Of a stretch of 54,538 nucleotides of DNA, positions 38,190 to 46,751 are shown piece by piece. Origin of the DNA: an uncultured bacterium (GTDB taxonomy: Bacteria; Babelota; Babeliae; Babelales; CAIQNR01); contig CAIQNR010000031.1 of assembly GCA_903873255.1 (NCBI GenBank), positions 1-54,538 of the forward strand. Direction: 5' to 3'. Within the stretch, counting starts at the first letter, position 1, and the number at the start of each line of letters is the position of its first letter. Under the pieces are notes generated by a model that did no database searches, was not told the DNA's origin, and saw only the letters and a list, made by a program, of their open reading frames with translations. The translations under genes were made by a program, and so were the position numbers.

Positions 38190-39560
38190 ATGCCTAAATT
38201 TTTTTTATTGTTTGTTATTTTTTCTTATTCCCAAGTTTTTACTGCTACTGATACTCCTACAAATCGCAGACGTCTTGCATCTGAAGCTTTGAGCGATGAC
38301 GCATCACAGCATTCCGACTCATTATCAAGCGTTAATTCAGAGCAAGATGATGACGCATCACAACATTCCGACTCATCATCAAGCGTTAATTCAGAGCAAG
38401 ATGATGACGCATCACAGCATTCCGACTCATCATCAAGCGTTAATTCAGAGCAAGATGAGGAGGCATTAAAAGACTATCTTGCGGGATTAAACTACGATGA
38501 CCACAATGTTCTAAGTCTGACAGAAAATTTTATAAGATTTGCTGGTAATATGACAGCAGAAGATATAGTTGATAGAAAAATTAATCCTATAAAAGAAATG
38601 TATTTTGGACCTGGAGTTGAAGAAGATTATTCAATTTACGATGAAAATACAGACACTACAGAATTTAGTAGCCCCTTTCAATATAAAACAGTTGATACAA
38701 TCGCAGGACCTTATATTATTGCTGCAAAATTAGCTCTTCCTAGAGATATTTATAGGGAATACAAGGGAATAAATGAGAAAGATCGGATAGTAAGATTAAA
38801 AGGAATATCAAACTATGATCAATCTATTGAAAACATAGCTCTTTTATCATATGGAAGATTACCCTTATATAAAAATTATGAAGACTATGAATATCACCCT
38901 CGATATCGGGGAGAATCTTTCACCGTTAATAGACATTCATTGCTTACTGATTTTTTTAACGATAAAATGGAAGAAAAAGTAGAAAAAGATTTTGAAAAAT
39001 TACATGAAGATGAAGAAGTTTTTTATGAAAATTCGTTTCCCGAAAAGAACGTTACATATGAACCCATTCTAGAAAGATATTTAGAAAAAATTATTAAACG
39101 AGAAGAATATTTTCCCATTAAGTTAACTAAAAAAACCTTAGACCTCATGAGATTTGTCTCCGGCTATAAAGAGGATTTTCTGAAAAATGAGAACTATATA
39201 AAATCTGTTAAAAATATTTTAACTCTACCAAGCTTCAAAAGCGGTCTTGCTAAAAATCAATTGCTTTCAACGTTTCTTAATCAAGATACATTCAACTTGC
39301 CGCTCACAGAAGAAGTGCTTCATAGAGATCTTATGAAAGATGCAATGGACCTTGCCCGTAGAAAACATCATGCTCTTTTTGGCAAACAAATTCCTGCGTC
39401 ACGATGTCATAATCAATTAAACTCAGAAGATCGTAGTGATATTTGTAAAAAACTTCTTAATGGTAAAAATATGATTCCTTCTTTAGAAAAAGTTGGCAAA
39501 GATTTTGTATTAACATTTCACGATGAAGATCTTACAAAAAAACTACTCACGACACGTTAA
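38190..39560 (+). CDS. Secreted orphan with Ser/Asp-rich tandem repeats (possibly prematurely terminated)
   Basis: Signal peptide; 3x DDASQHSDS(L/S)SSVNSEQD; the frame stays open 45 codons past the TAA. Confidence 0.78.
   Translation: MPKFFLLFVIFSYSQVFTATDTPTNRRRLASEALSDDASQHSDSLSSVNSEQDDDASQHSDSSSSVNSEQDDDASQHSDSSSSVNSEQDEEALKDYLAGLNYDDHNVLSLTENFIRFAGNMTAEDIVDRKINPIKEMYFGPGVEEDYSIYDENTDTTEFSSPFQYKTVDTIAGPYIIAAKLALPRDIYREYKGINEKDRIVRLKGISNYDQSIENIALLSYGRLPLYKNYEDYEYHPRYRGESFTVNRHSLLTDFFNDKMEEKVEKDFEKLHEDEEVFYENSFPEKNVTYEPILERYLEKIIKREEYFPIKLTKKTLDLMRFVSGYKEDFLKNENYIKSVKNILTLPSFKSGLAKNQLLSTFLNQDTFNLPLTEEVLHRDLMKDAMDLARRKHHALFGKQIPASRCHNQLNSEDRSDICKKLLNGKNMIPSLEKVGKDFVLTFHDEDLTKKLLTTR
38295..38458 (+). 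repeat. 54-bp in-frame tandem repeat x3
   Basis: Units start at 38295, 38349 and 38403 and are nearly identical. Confidence 0.95.
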
Positions 39561-39714
39561 AAATATGAAACTCGTCAAGTACAGGAAACTGCAAAGGCAC
39601 GTGCTGCCTATCAAGCATACAAACGTACTGTGCCAATTGAAAAACTACAAGAAGTAGTTATTCCATCTGGCAATGAGACCCAAGCAAAAATTCAGTAAAT
39701 CTATTTGTGTTGAC

Positions 39715-40518
39715 TTAGCGCCATGATGGGCGCTTACGCTTAGGAGCATCTTCTTTAGTTCGCTCTGTTTGAATTGGGCCATTAGTAAGACCACGAATAA
39801 ATTGATGAACGTAAGGATTATCAGTTTCCCAAATAGTTTTTGCATCACCAAAAAATTGAATCTTGCGTTCATTAAGTAATGCAACATGGTCAACATACTT
39901 AAAAATTTCCACATCATGAGAAATTACAATTGCAGTAATGCCTAATTTTTTTTGAGTATTAAACATCAATTCATGAATAATACGTGTTGTGATTGGGTCA
40001 AGACCTGTTGTTGGCTCATCGTATAAAATAATTTTTGGATTTACGATCAAAGTACGAGCAAGACCTACTCGCTTTTTCATACCACCAGAAATTTCTGATG
40101 GGTATTTGTCCATAGTTTGCTCTGGAGAAAGATTAACCAATGTTAATTTTTCTTTAACAATAGGAAGAACTTCTTCTTTAGGAATTCCTTTTTCCAGCAA
40201 AGGAAGACCGACATTTTCAAAAACAGTCAGAGAGTCGAGAAGTGCAGCAAATTGGAAAACATATCCAACTTTTTTAAAGACATGCTTTAGTTCTGCTTCA
40301 TCCAATTTTGTGATATCAACACCATCAATTAAAATGCTACCAGAAGTTGGTTTTATAAGCCCAATAATTTGTTTAAGAAGAACAGACTTACCTTCTCCTG
40401 ACTTTCCTATAATACACGTTGTTTGCCCTTCAGGAATACTGAGAGTTACACCATCTGTAATCCATTCTGAATCATCAGAAAAACGCTTACGTACATTCAC
40501 CAACTCTATCACAGGCAA
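39715..40518 (-). CDS. mlaF: ABC ATPase MlaF/Mkl
   Basis: GKSGEGKS, FQFAALLDSLTVFENV, ISGGMKKRVGLAR, YDEPTTGLDP. Confidence 0.92.
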   Translation of the reverse strand: MPVIELVNVRKRFSDDSEWITDGVTLSIPEGQTTCIIGKSGEGKSVLLKQIIGLIKPTSGSILIDGVDITKLDEAELKHVFKKVGYVFQFAALLDSLTVFENVGLPLLEKGIPKEEVLPIVKEKLTLVNLSPEQTMDKYPSEISGGMKKRVGLARTLIVNPKIILYDEPTTGLDPITTRIIHELMFNTQKKLGITAIVISHDVEIFKYVDHVALLNERKIQFFGDAKTIWETDNPYVHQFIRGLTNGPIQTERTKEDAPKRKRPSWR

Positions 40519-40528
40519 ACTCCTTGCA

Positions 40529-41335
40529 TTACTTAAATAACAATGTTGTTAAGAAGTAGTCGGCTATCAAAATAGAAATAGAACTTATTACCACACTTTG
40601 GGTTGTTGCAAGACCAACACCTTTGGCACCACCAGATGTATAAAATCCTTTATAACAACCAACAGAAGAAAAAATAAAACCAAAAGCTGCTGCTTTTAGA
40701 AGGCCTCCCGTAATATCGGCAAGCTCAACAAATGTTTTAATCCCAGAAATATACTGTTCACCATTGATAAAAAGTACATTAACGCAAATCAAATAACCAC
40801 CGACAATACCGCAGATCATGCTAAATACTGCCAAAAATGGAATGATAATTGTGGCACCCAAGATACGTGGCACCATAAGATATTGATTAACATCAATACA
40901 AAGCGTCTGAAGAGCTTCAAGCTGTTCGGTAATGCTCATTGTCCCAAGCTCAGCAGTCATTGCCGAACCTGCACGACCAGTAACCATTAAGCCAGTAAGT
41001 ACTGGGCCAAGCTCTCGAATTAAACTAAGTGCAACAACTGGACCAATAAAATCTTCGGCACCAAATCGTTTGAATCCTATATAACTTTGCCATGCTAAAA
41101 CAGCTCCAGTAGAAAAACCGGTCAACAAAATAATACTGAGCGATTCAACGCCTATGGTACACATTTGATCAAATAATTGATGAACGCGTAATTTAGAAGT
41201 AAAGGCAGTTTTGATAACGCCCCACATAAATAGAAAGAAACTACCAATCGTATCAAGGGTAGAAACTACATATGCACCAACAGAAAAAACTAGACCTTGT
41301 ACCATTCTAGCCATAGAAAGAACCGATGAAATCAT
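40529..41335 (-). CDS. mlaE: ABC permease MlaE
   Basis: IRELGPVLTGLMVTGRAGSAMTAELGTM, GGAKGVG.ATT.SVV. Confidence 0.94.
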   Translation of the reverse strand: MISSVLSMARMVQGLVFSVGAYVVSTLDTIGSFFLFMWGVIKTAFTSKLRVHQLFDQMCTIGVESLSIILLTGFSTGAVLAWQSYIGFKRFGAEDFIGPVVALSLIRELGPVLTGLMVTGRAGSAMTAELGTMSITEQLEALQTLCIDVNQYLMVPRILGATIIIPFLAVFSMICGIVGGYLICVNVLFINGEQYISGIKTFVELADITGGLLKAAAFGFIFSSVGCYKGFYTSGGAKGVGLATTQSVVISSISILIADYFLTTLLFK

Positions 41336-41371
41336 AGTACTACTCCTACTGATCGGTGCATATATAAAAAA

Positions 41372-41668
41372 TTATTCGTAAACGTCTTCAGCTGAAGGTA
41401 GTGGCATGTTATAGCTAATATTTGAAGGGTTCGCATGCTTTCTGCTTTTCATAATCGCAATGCTCAATGAACCAAACATAAAAAGCGCAAGGAGTACCCA
41501 GGTAATTTTTTGGAAAACTTCTTGGCCACCTGATCCACCAAATAACATTTGTGAACCGCCACCCATTCCACCAAGTCCCAAGCTGCTTTTACCTTTTTGA
41601 AGTAAAATAATAAAGGCAAGGACGAAAGCTAAAAGAACAAATCCGCTTGTTAGTAATCCAACAATCAT
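41372..41668 (-). CDS. secG: Preprotein translocase subunit SecG
   Basis: ILLQKGK..G.GG..GGS..LFG, KITW, two TMs. Confidence 0.9.
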   Translation of the reverse strand: MIVGLLTSGFVLLAFVLAFIILLQKGKSSLGLGGMGGGSQMLFGGSGGQEVFQKITWVLLALFMFGSLSIAIMKSRKHANPSNISYNMPLPSAEDVYE

Positions 41669-41777
41669 GTGTTACTCCGTATAGGTAAAAAACTTTAAAC
41701 AAGAATTATAGGATACTACTTTTTTTGATTCTTGAAAATCTGAGGTTTTTTTATTACTAAATAAGCTCACAGTAAGG

Positions 41778-42089
41778 TTATTTGGAAAATGTAATTCCTA
41801 AAGCATCAAGTAATACTGTTCGTGCTCCCTTTTTTTCGGTCAAGGCATAAACAGCTTCCATTTTACCTCGCACATCTAAATTTTGTTTATGTATTGCAGC
41901 AACTAATGATTGTAATGTTTGAGGTTGCGCTGAAATTAATTCATATAAAGCATTACCTTTTACTGAGCCTATTTTTTGAGCGAGGCGCAATTCTAGATAT
42001 GGTGCAAATTCTACAATTTTTTCACTGGATGCTTGCATGCCACACACTGACAATAACAAAATAACTAATAATTTTTTCATACTCATCAC
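41778..42089 (-). CDS. Small secreted orphan
   Basis: MKKLLVILLLSVCGMQA signal peptide; distant paralog of the 42551 gene. Confidence 0.75.
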   Translation of the reverse strand: MMSMKKLLVILLLSVCGMQASSEKIVEFAPYLELRLAQKIGSVKGNALYELISAQPQTLQSLVAAIHKQNLDVRGKMEAVYALTEKKGARTVLLDALGITFSK

Positions 42090-42101
42090 CTTTTAACGCT
42101 A

Positions 42102-42563
42102 TTAAACCTCTGTATTTATTGTACTTTTTGCTGCTTTAAGTATTGCTTTAGAGCCTTTACCCTTAGAAGGATCTTGAATACAATCAACTATCAAATCTTG
42201 TATCCAAGGAATCTGCGTAATTGCATTAATCAAACGTTTTTCTCGACTCTCATCTAACTCAAACTCACCAATTATTTTCCCAATATCTTTAATCTTTTTT
42301 TGATCATCCTTACCAAAAGCTTGGGCTATTTTGTAATACCCTTCTCTTTGTGCTACTTCTTCCTCATCTACCTTAAACCTGACCGATCTTTTTCCAATAT
42401 CCTGTATCGTCTTTGGCCCTGTTCTTTTAGATGCTCGATATCGCTCCAGAATAAATGGGCCTGTTATAATCTTTAAGTTATCAAGACTTGGATTCTTTTT
42501 GAAACAAGCTCCCTGCAATGTTGTAATACCTAAAAAGACAAAGAGTGCGATTACTTTGAACAT
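42102..42563 (-). CDS. Small secreted basic orphan
   Basis: MFKVIALFVFLGITTLQG signal peptide (LQGAC could be a lipobox). Confidence 0.7.
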   Translation of the reverse strand: MFKVIALFVFLGITTLQGACFKKNPSLDNLKIITGPFILERYRASKRTGPKTIQDIGKRSVRFKVDEEEVAQREGYYKIAQAFGKDDQKKIKDIGKIIGEFELDESREKRLINAITQIPWIQDLIVDCIQDPSKGKGSKAILKAAKSTINTEV

Positions 42564-42850
42564 AATTTTGCAAAACCTCTTGTAATATCAGCACGGTATC
42601 CCCAATCACGAGTTGCTGCCCAAGCAATTATTCTGACATCTTCTTCATCAATTTGACGTTTAATGGAGCCTAAATTTAAAAGCAGATCTTCAACGGTTGT
42701 TTTTCCTGGCTGAATAACGGTTTTAATTAAAGAAATTTTATCTTGAGAGATAGGTTCAAGACGACGTTCCATCGGCTCTGGAATGGTAATTTCTGCGGCT
42801 TGCATATTTACTATTTGTAGCATTGCACAAAGTGCTAATAATTTTTTCAC
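42551..42850 (-). CDS. Small secreted orphan
   Basis: GTG start at 42850 gives MKKLLALCAMLQIVNMQA signal peptide. Confidence 0.7.
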   Translation of the reverse strand: MKKLLALCAMLQIVNMQAAEITIPEPMERRLEPISQDKISLIKTVIQPGKTTVEDLLLNLGSIKRQIDEEDVRIIAWAATRDWGYRADITRGFAKLCSK

Positions 42851-42887
42851 GAATTGCCTTTCATTACACACAAATTACATACAGCAT

Positions 42888-45458
42888 TTAAGTAAACGAG
42901 ATTGTGTCACCTGCTAGAGTAATCGTCAATTCTTTTATATCAGGATGTTTCAGTAAGTATTGAGAAAGTGGAACCATAATGTATTCTTGTACCGCTCGTG
43001 CAATAGGCCGCGCACCAAACTCTTTTACATACCCTTTTTTTGCAATGTACTGTGCAACACTCCTACCAATAACCAATGAAATATGACGATCCTTAAGTCG
43101 ATTAAGTAATTTATCAATCTGTAATTGAGCAATAGTTTCAACTGCTTTTTCACTCAACCCATTAAAGAATACAATGGCATCAATACGATTTAAAAACTCT
43201 GGTTTAAAGCTGCGATGCAACTCTTTTTGCACCTCAGCTTTTACTTGGTCATCAATCGTTTTTGCTTCAAGAATATAATGAGAACCAATATTTGATGTCA
43301 TAATAATAATGGTGTTTTTAAATGATACTTGCCGACCTTGCCCATCGGTTAAATGACCTTCATCAAGTATTTGTAAGAAGATATTAAAAACATCTGGATG
43401 TGCTTTTTCTATCTCATCAAATAGCACGACGCTATAAGGAGATCTGCGCACCTGCTCAGTTAATTGACCACCTTCTTCGTACCCCACATACCCCGGAGGA
43501 GCGCCAAGTAAACGAGCAACTGTATGCTTTTCCATATACTCAGACATGTCGATACGGATAATGCGCTTTGGATCATGAAACAAAAAGTCGGCAAGTGTTT
43601 TTGCAACTTCAGTTTTACCAACACCTGTAGGCCCAAGAAAAAGAAATGACCCAATTGGTCTATTAGGGTCAGTTAAACCTGTGCGATGCATTTGAATTGC
43701 ATGCGCAACTTTTTCTATCGCCTCATCTTGACCAATCACACTCTTTTTTAAAATTTCTTCCATGCGCAAAATGCGATCTGTCTCTGTTTGTTGTAATTTT
43801 TCTGCAGGAATTTTTGTCCAACGAGAAAGCACCATTGCAACATCATACTCATCAACTTCTTGTTTGATTAAGCATGCATTGAGGTTTTTAAGTTTATCTT
43901 GCTGAACTGCAAGTTCTTTTTCGAGCGTAACTATTTTTCCATATTTAATTTCGGAAGCTTTTGCATAATCACCACTGTGTTCTGCTTGTTGATATTGATA
44001 TCGCGCAGCATCAATGTTTGCTTTTATTTCATTTATTTTTTCAAGCGGAGCTGTCTCTGCCTTCCACTGGGTAAAGATTTTTTGATGTTGCTCTTTAAGC
44101 TCAGCGAGTTCTTTTTCCAGCGCCTTTAAACGTTCTTGAGCTTGCGCATCTTCTTTTTCTTTAGCAAGTGCCACTTTTTCTATTTCAAGCTGATTGATTG
44201 TACGCTCAAGCTTATCAAGCTCTTCCGGTTTAGAATCAATAGCCATACGAACCATAGAAGCTGCTTCATCAATAAGATCGATCGCTTTGTCTGGTAAAAA
44301 ACGGTCCGCAATATTTTTATGAGCCAAATTAACCGCTGCAACAAGTGCTTGATCTTTAATGCGAATACCGTGATGCAATTCATACCGTTCTTTAAGGCCA
44401 CGCAAAATAGAAAGGGCATCATCAGGAGTTGGTTCTTCTACCAAAACTGGCTGAAATCGACGTTCAAGCGCTGCATCTTTTTCTATATATTTTTTATATT
44501 CTTTAAGGGTTGTTGCACCAATACAATGGAGCTGCCCACGAGCAAGCGCAGGTTTAAGCAAATTAGAGGCATCCATACCACCACTGCTATTTGCACCAGC
44601 ACCAACAAGCATGTGCATTTCATCTATAAATAAGATAGTTGTTTCTTGAGCTTCATCAATTGCTTTAAGAATATTCTTTAGACGTTCTTCGAACTCACCT
44701 TGATACTTAGTCCCTGCAACAAGCGCTCCCATATCTAGTGAAAAAATCTGTTTATTTTGCAAACTTTCTGGGACATCGCCTTGCACAATGCGCTGAGCAA
44801 TACCTTCAACAATTGCCGTTTTACCTACACCCGGTTCGCCAATAAGTACCGGATTATTTTTTGTTCTGCGGGAAAGAATCTGTATAACACGGCGTATTTC
44901 TTCGTGCCGACCAATAACGGGATCCAGTTTACCTTGCTGGGCAAGCTTTGTTATATTTTGAGTATACTTTTCTAAAACTTGATATTGCTGTTCTGTATTT
45001 TTAGCATCAACCGATTTTCCTTTACGCATTCCTTGCATCTGCTTGATAATCGATTGCTTAGAAAATTGTGATCGAGCAAAAAAAGTACGGATACTTTCGG
45101 GTAGCGCAGAAGTGGAAACCCATGCAAGTAAAAAATGCTCCAAACTAATATAGGTATCTTTAAGATCATGCGCCTCTTGCTGACACAAATCTAAGAAATT
45201 TTGTATTTCGGAAGATAAACTAATCTGACTCGGTTTTGAACTTACCTTTGGAAGTAGATTAAGTTCTCTTTGGACAATCAATTTAAGTTCATGATGCGGA
45301 ACATCGGCAACATTAAAAAACGATTGGCAAAATGGATCGTCAAGACCTTCAAGCAATGTATGCAAGGGTTGGAGCGTTGTATGATAATATTCAATCGCCT
45401 TTTGTGCTGCTTTTTGGAGTAGCTCTTGACTGGCAGTGGTAAAGTTTTCGGTATTCAT
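42888..45458 (-). CDS. clpB: ATP-dependent disaggregase ClpB
   Basis: Two AAA+ domains ([16 protein letters not shown]), middle coiled coil, [13 protein letters not shown]. Confidence 0.97.
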   Translation of the reverse strand: MNTENFTTASQELLQKAAQKAIEYYHTTLQPLHTLLEGLDDPFCQSFFNVADVPHHELKLIVQRELNLLPKVSSKPSQISLSSEIQNFLDLCQQEAHDLKDTYISLEHFLLAWVSTSALPESIRTFFARSQFSKQSIIKQMQGMRKGKSVDAKNTEQQYQVLEKYTQNITKLAQQGKLDPVIGRHEEIRRVIQILSRRTKNNPVLIGEPGVGKTAIVEGIAQRIVQGDVPESLQNKQIFSLDMGALVAGTKYQGEFEERLKNILKAIDEAQETTILFIDEMHMLVGAGANSSGGMDASNLLKPALARGQLHCIGATTLKEYKKYIEKDAALERRFQPVLVEEPTPDDALSILRGLKERYELHHGIRIKDQALVAAVNLAHKNIADRFLPDKAIDLIDEAASMVRMAIDSKPEELDKLERTINQLEIEKVALAKEKEDAQAQERLKALEKELAELKEQHQKIFTQWKAETAPLEKINEIKANIDAARYQYQQAEHSGDYAKASEIKYGKIVTLEKELAVQQDKLKNLNACLIKQEVDEYDVAMVLSRWTKIPAEKLQQTETDRILRMEEILKKSVIGQDEAIEKVAHAIQMHRTGLTDPNRPIGSFLFLGPTGVGKTEVAKTLADFLFHDPKRIIRIDMSEYMEKHTVARLLGAPPGYVGYEEGGQLTEQVRRSPYSVVLFDEIEKAHPDVFNIFLQILDEGHLTDGQGRQVSFKNTIIIMTSNIGSHYILEAKTIDDQVKAEVQKELHRSFKPEFLNRIDAIVFFNGLSEKAVETIAQLQIDKLLNRLKDRHISLVIGRSVAQYIAKKGYVKEFGARPIARAVQEYIMVPLSQYLLKHPDIKELTITLAGDTISFT

Positions 45459-45461
45459 TGT

Positions 45462-46745
45462 TCACCTCGTAAATTTTTTACTTCGCAATACTCTGTGATA
45501 GGTAATGGCAAAATGATGTGCATAATCACGCAATGCAATCAATAGTTTACCACTCTCCAGCTTAAGATCTAGATGAATCCCTTCTGGATATGCATCAGCA
45601 AATAATAACTCTTCTTTTTTTGCCAAACTCACACAAGGCGTATGGGGAACTAATGACAAAACTGCATTTCTTTGTCCTTTACCACCATCGATAAGAATAA
45701 GGTCGGGCAAGTTTTTTGAATCTTTATAACGACGACCAACAATTTCATGGAGCGCCGCATAATCATTTTGCTCGACGAGTGTTTTAATCTTAAATCGACG
45801 AAATGCTTTTTTATCTGGTCTTCCGCTAGTAAAACGGACACATGAACCAACAATTGAATTGCTCTGAAAATGTGAAATATCAAAACAATCTATAGTTAAA
45901 GGAATAGATGAAAGTTTAAGCATTTTTTTAATTTCTAACGCTGTTTTTTCATAATCTTTTGCAAGAGTAACAGTTTCAGAAGCAGTCACAGAAACAACTT
46001 TTTCTTGGTACTTAGAAAAATCAAATTTTGTTTTAATAATTTTAAAAATTCCATCAATATTTTGTTGATAGTCACGTAAATTTTTTGCTTTTTCAAACTC
46101 TAATTTTTGTGAATATTCTTTAATTTTCGTACTTATTTTTTTTATAAATGCCCCATGGTTATCCTCTAAAGCATCAACTGCTAGTTGCAGTCTAAAAAGG
46201 TAACCCTCTTTATCAAAATCATTTTTACAAATCCCAGCGCATTTACCCAAATGATAATCAAGACAACCATTTTCTATTTTTTTATTACAGAGATACAGCT
46301 TAAACGTACTAAGTAAATAATCATATGCTGCTCGCGCTTGTTGCTTATGAATAAAAGGACCAAAGTATGTTCCCATTTTTGGCTTTGCCCGTACCAATTC
46401 AAGAATAGGCAAATCATCCTGACTACCAACAATCAGAAAAATAAAAGGCTGCCCAGATTTTAAAAGAACATTATATTTTGGCTGATAGCGCTGCACAAGT
46501 TCTGCCTCGAGAAGCAAGGCATCATGTTCTGTTTTTGTCAGTATGTGATCGATTGAAGTACTGTCATCAATAAGGCCTTGAACTTTCCAATCTGTTTTAT
46601 GTTTTGCAAAATAAGAAAGCACCCTTTTTTGTAATATTTTTGCCTTACCAACATAGATAATATCGCCTTGTTCATTTTTAAAAAGATAGATTCCTGGTAA
46701 TTTTGGTAGCTCCCGAGCAGACTCTTTAAGTTGTTCGTAATTCAT
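45462..46745 (-). CDS. uvrC: Excinuclease UvrC, short form without C-terminal HhH domain
   Basis: GIY...YVGKA GIY-YIG domain, Cys cluster, UVR helix, CFDISH, PDLILIDGGKGQ, RDYAHHFAITYH. Confidence 0.92.
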   Translation of the reverse strand: MNYEQLKESARELPKLPGIYLFKNEQGDIIYVGKAKILQKRVLSYFAKHKTDWKVQGLIDDSTSIDHILTKTEHDALLLEAELVQRYQPKYNVLLKSGQPFIFLIVGSQDDLPILELVRAKPKMGTYFGPFIHKQQARAAYDYLLSTFKLYLCNKKIENGCLDYHLGKCAGICKNDFDKEGYLFRLQLAVDALEDNHGAFIKKISTKIKEYSQKLEFEKAKNLRDYQQNIDGIFKIIKTKFDFSKYQEKVVSVTASETVTLAKDYEKTALEIKKMLKLSSIPLTIDCFDISHFQSNSIVGSCVRFTSGRPDKKAFRRFKIKTLVEQNDYAALHEIVGRRYKDSKNLPDLILIDGGKGQRNAVLSLVPHTPCVSLAKKEELLFADAYPEGIHLDLKLESGKLLIALRDYAHHFAITYHRVLRSKKFTR

Positions 46746-46751
46746 GGTCTT

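Noticed and set aside
38295-38458. 54-bp repeats (also 32909-33021) as a CRISPR array
   Set aside because: Head-to-tail with no unique spacers, a multiple of 3 within ORFs, and no cas genes.
32998-39698. TAA reassigned to Gln (alternative genetic code), suggested by two in-frame TAA continuations
   Set aside because: Conserved genes (tyrS, ybeY, clpB, mlaE) end at TAA at the expected positions and none is interrupted by TAA.
42888-45458. ClpB as T6SS ClpV serving the giant proteins
   Set aside because: Has the canonical ClpB middle domain and no T6SS genes are present.
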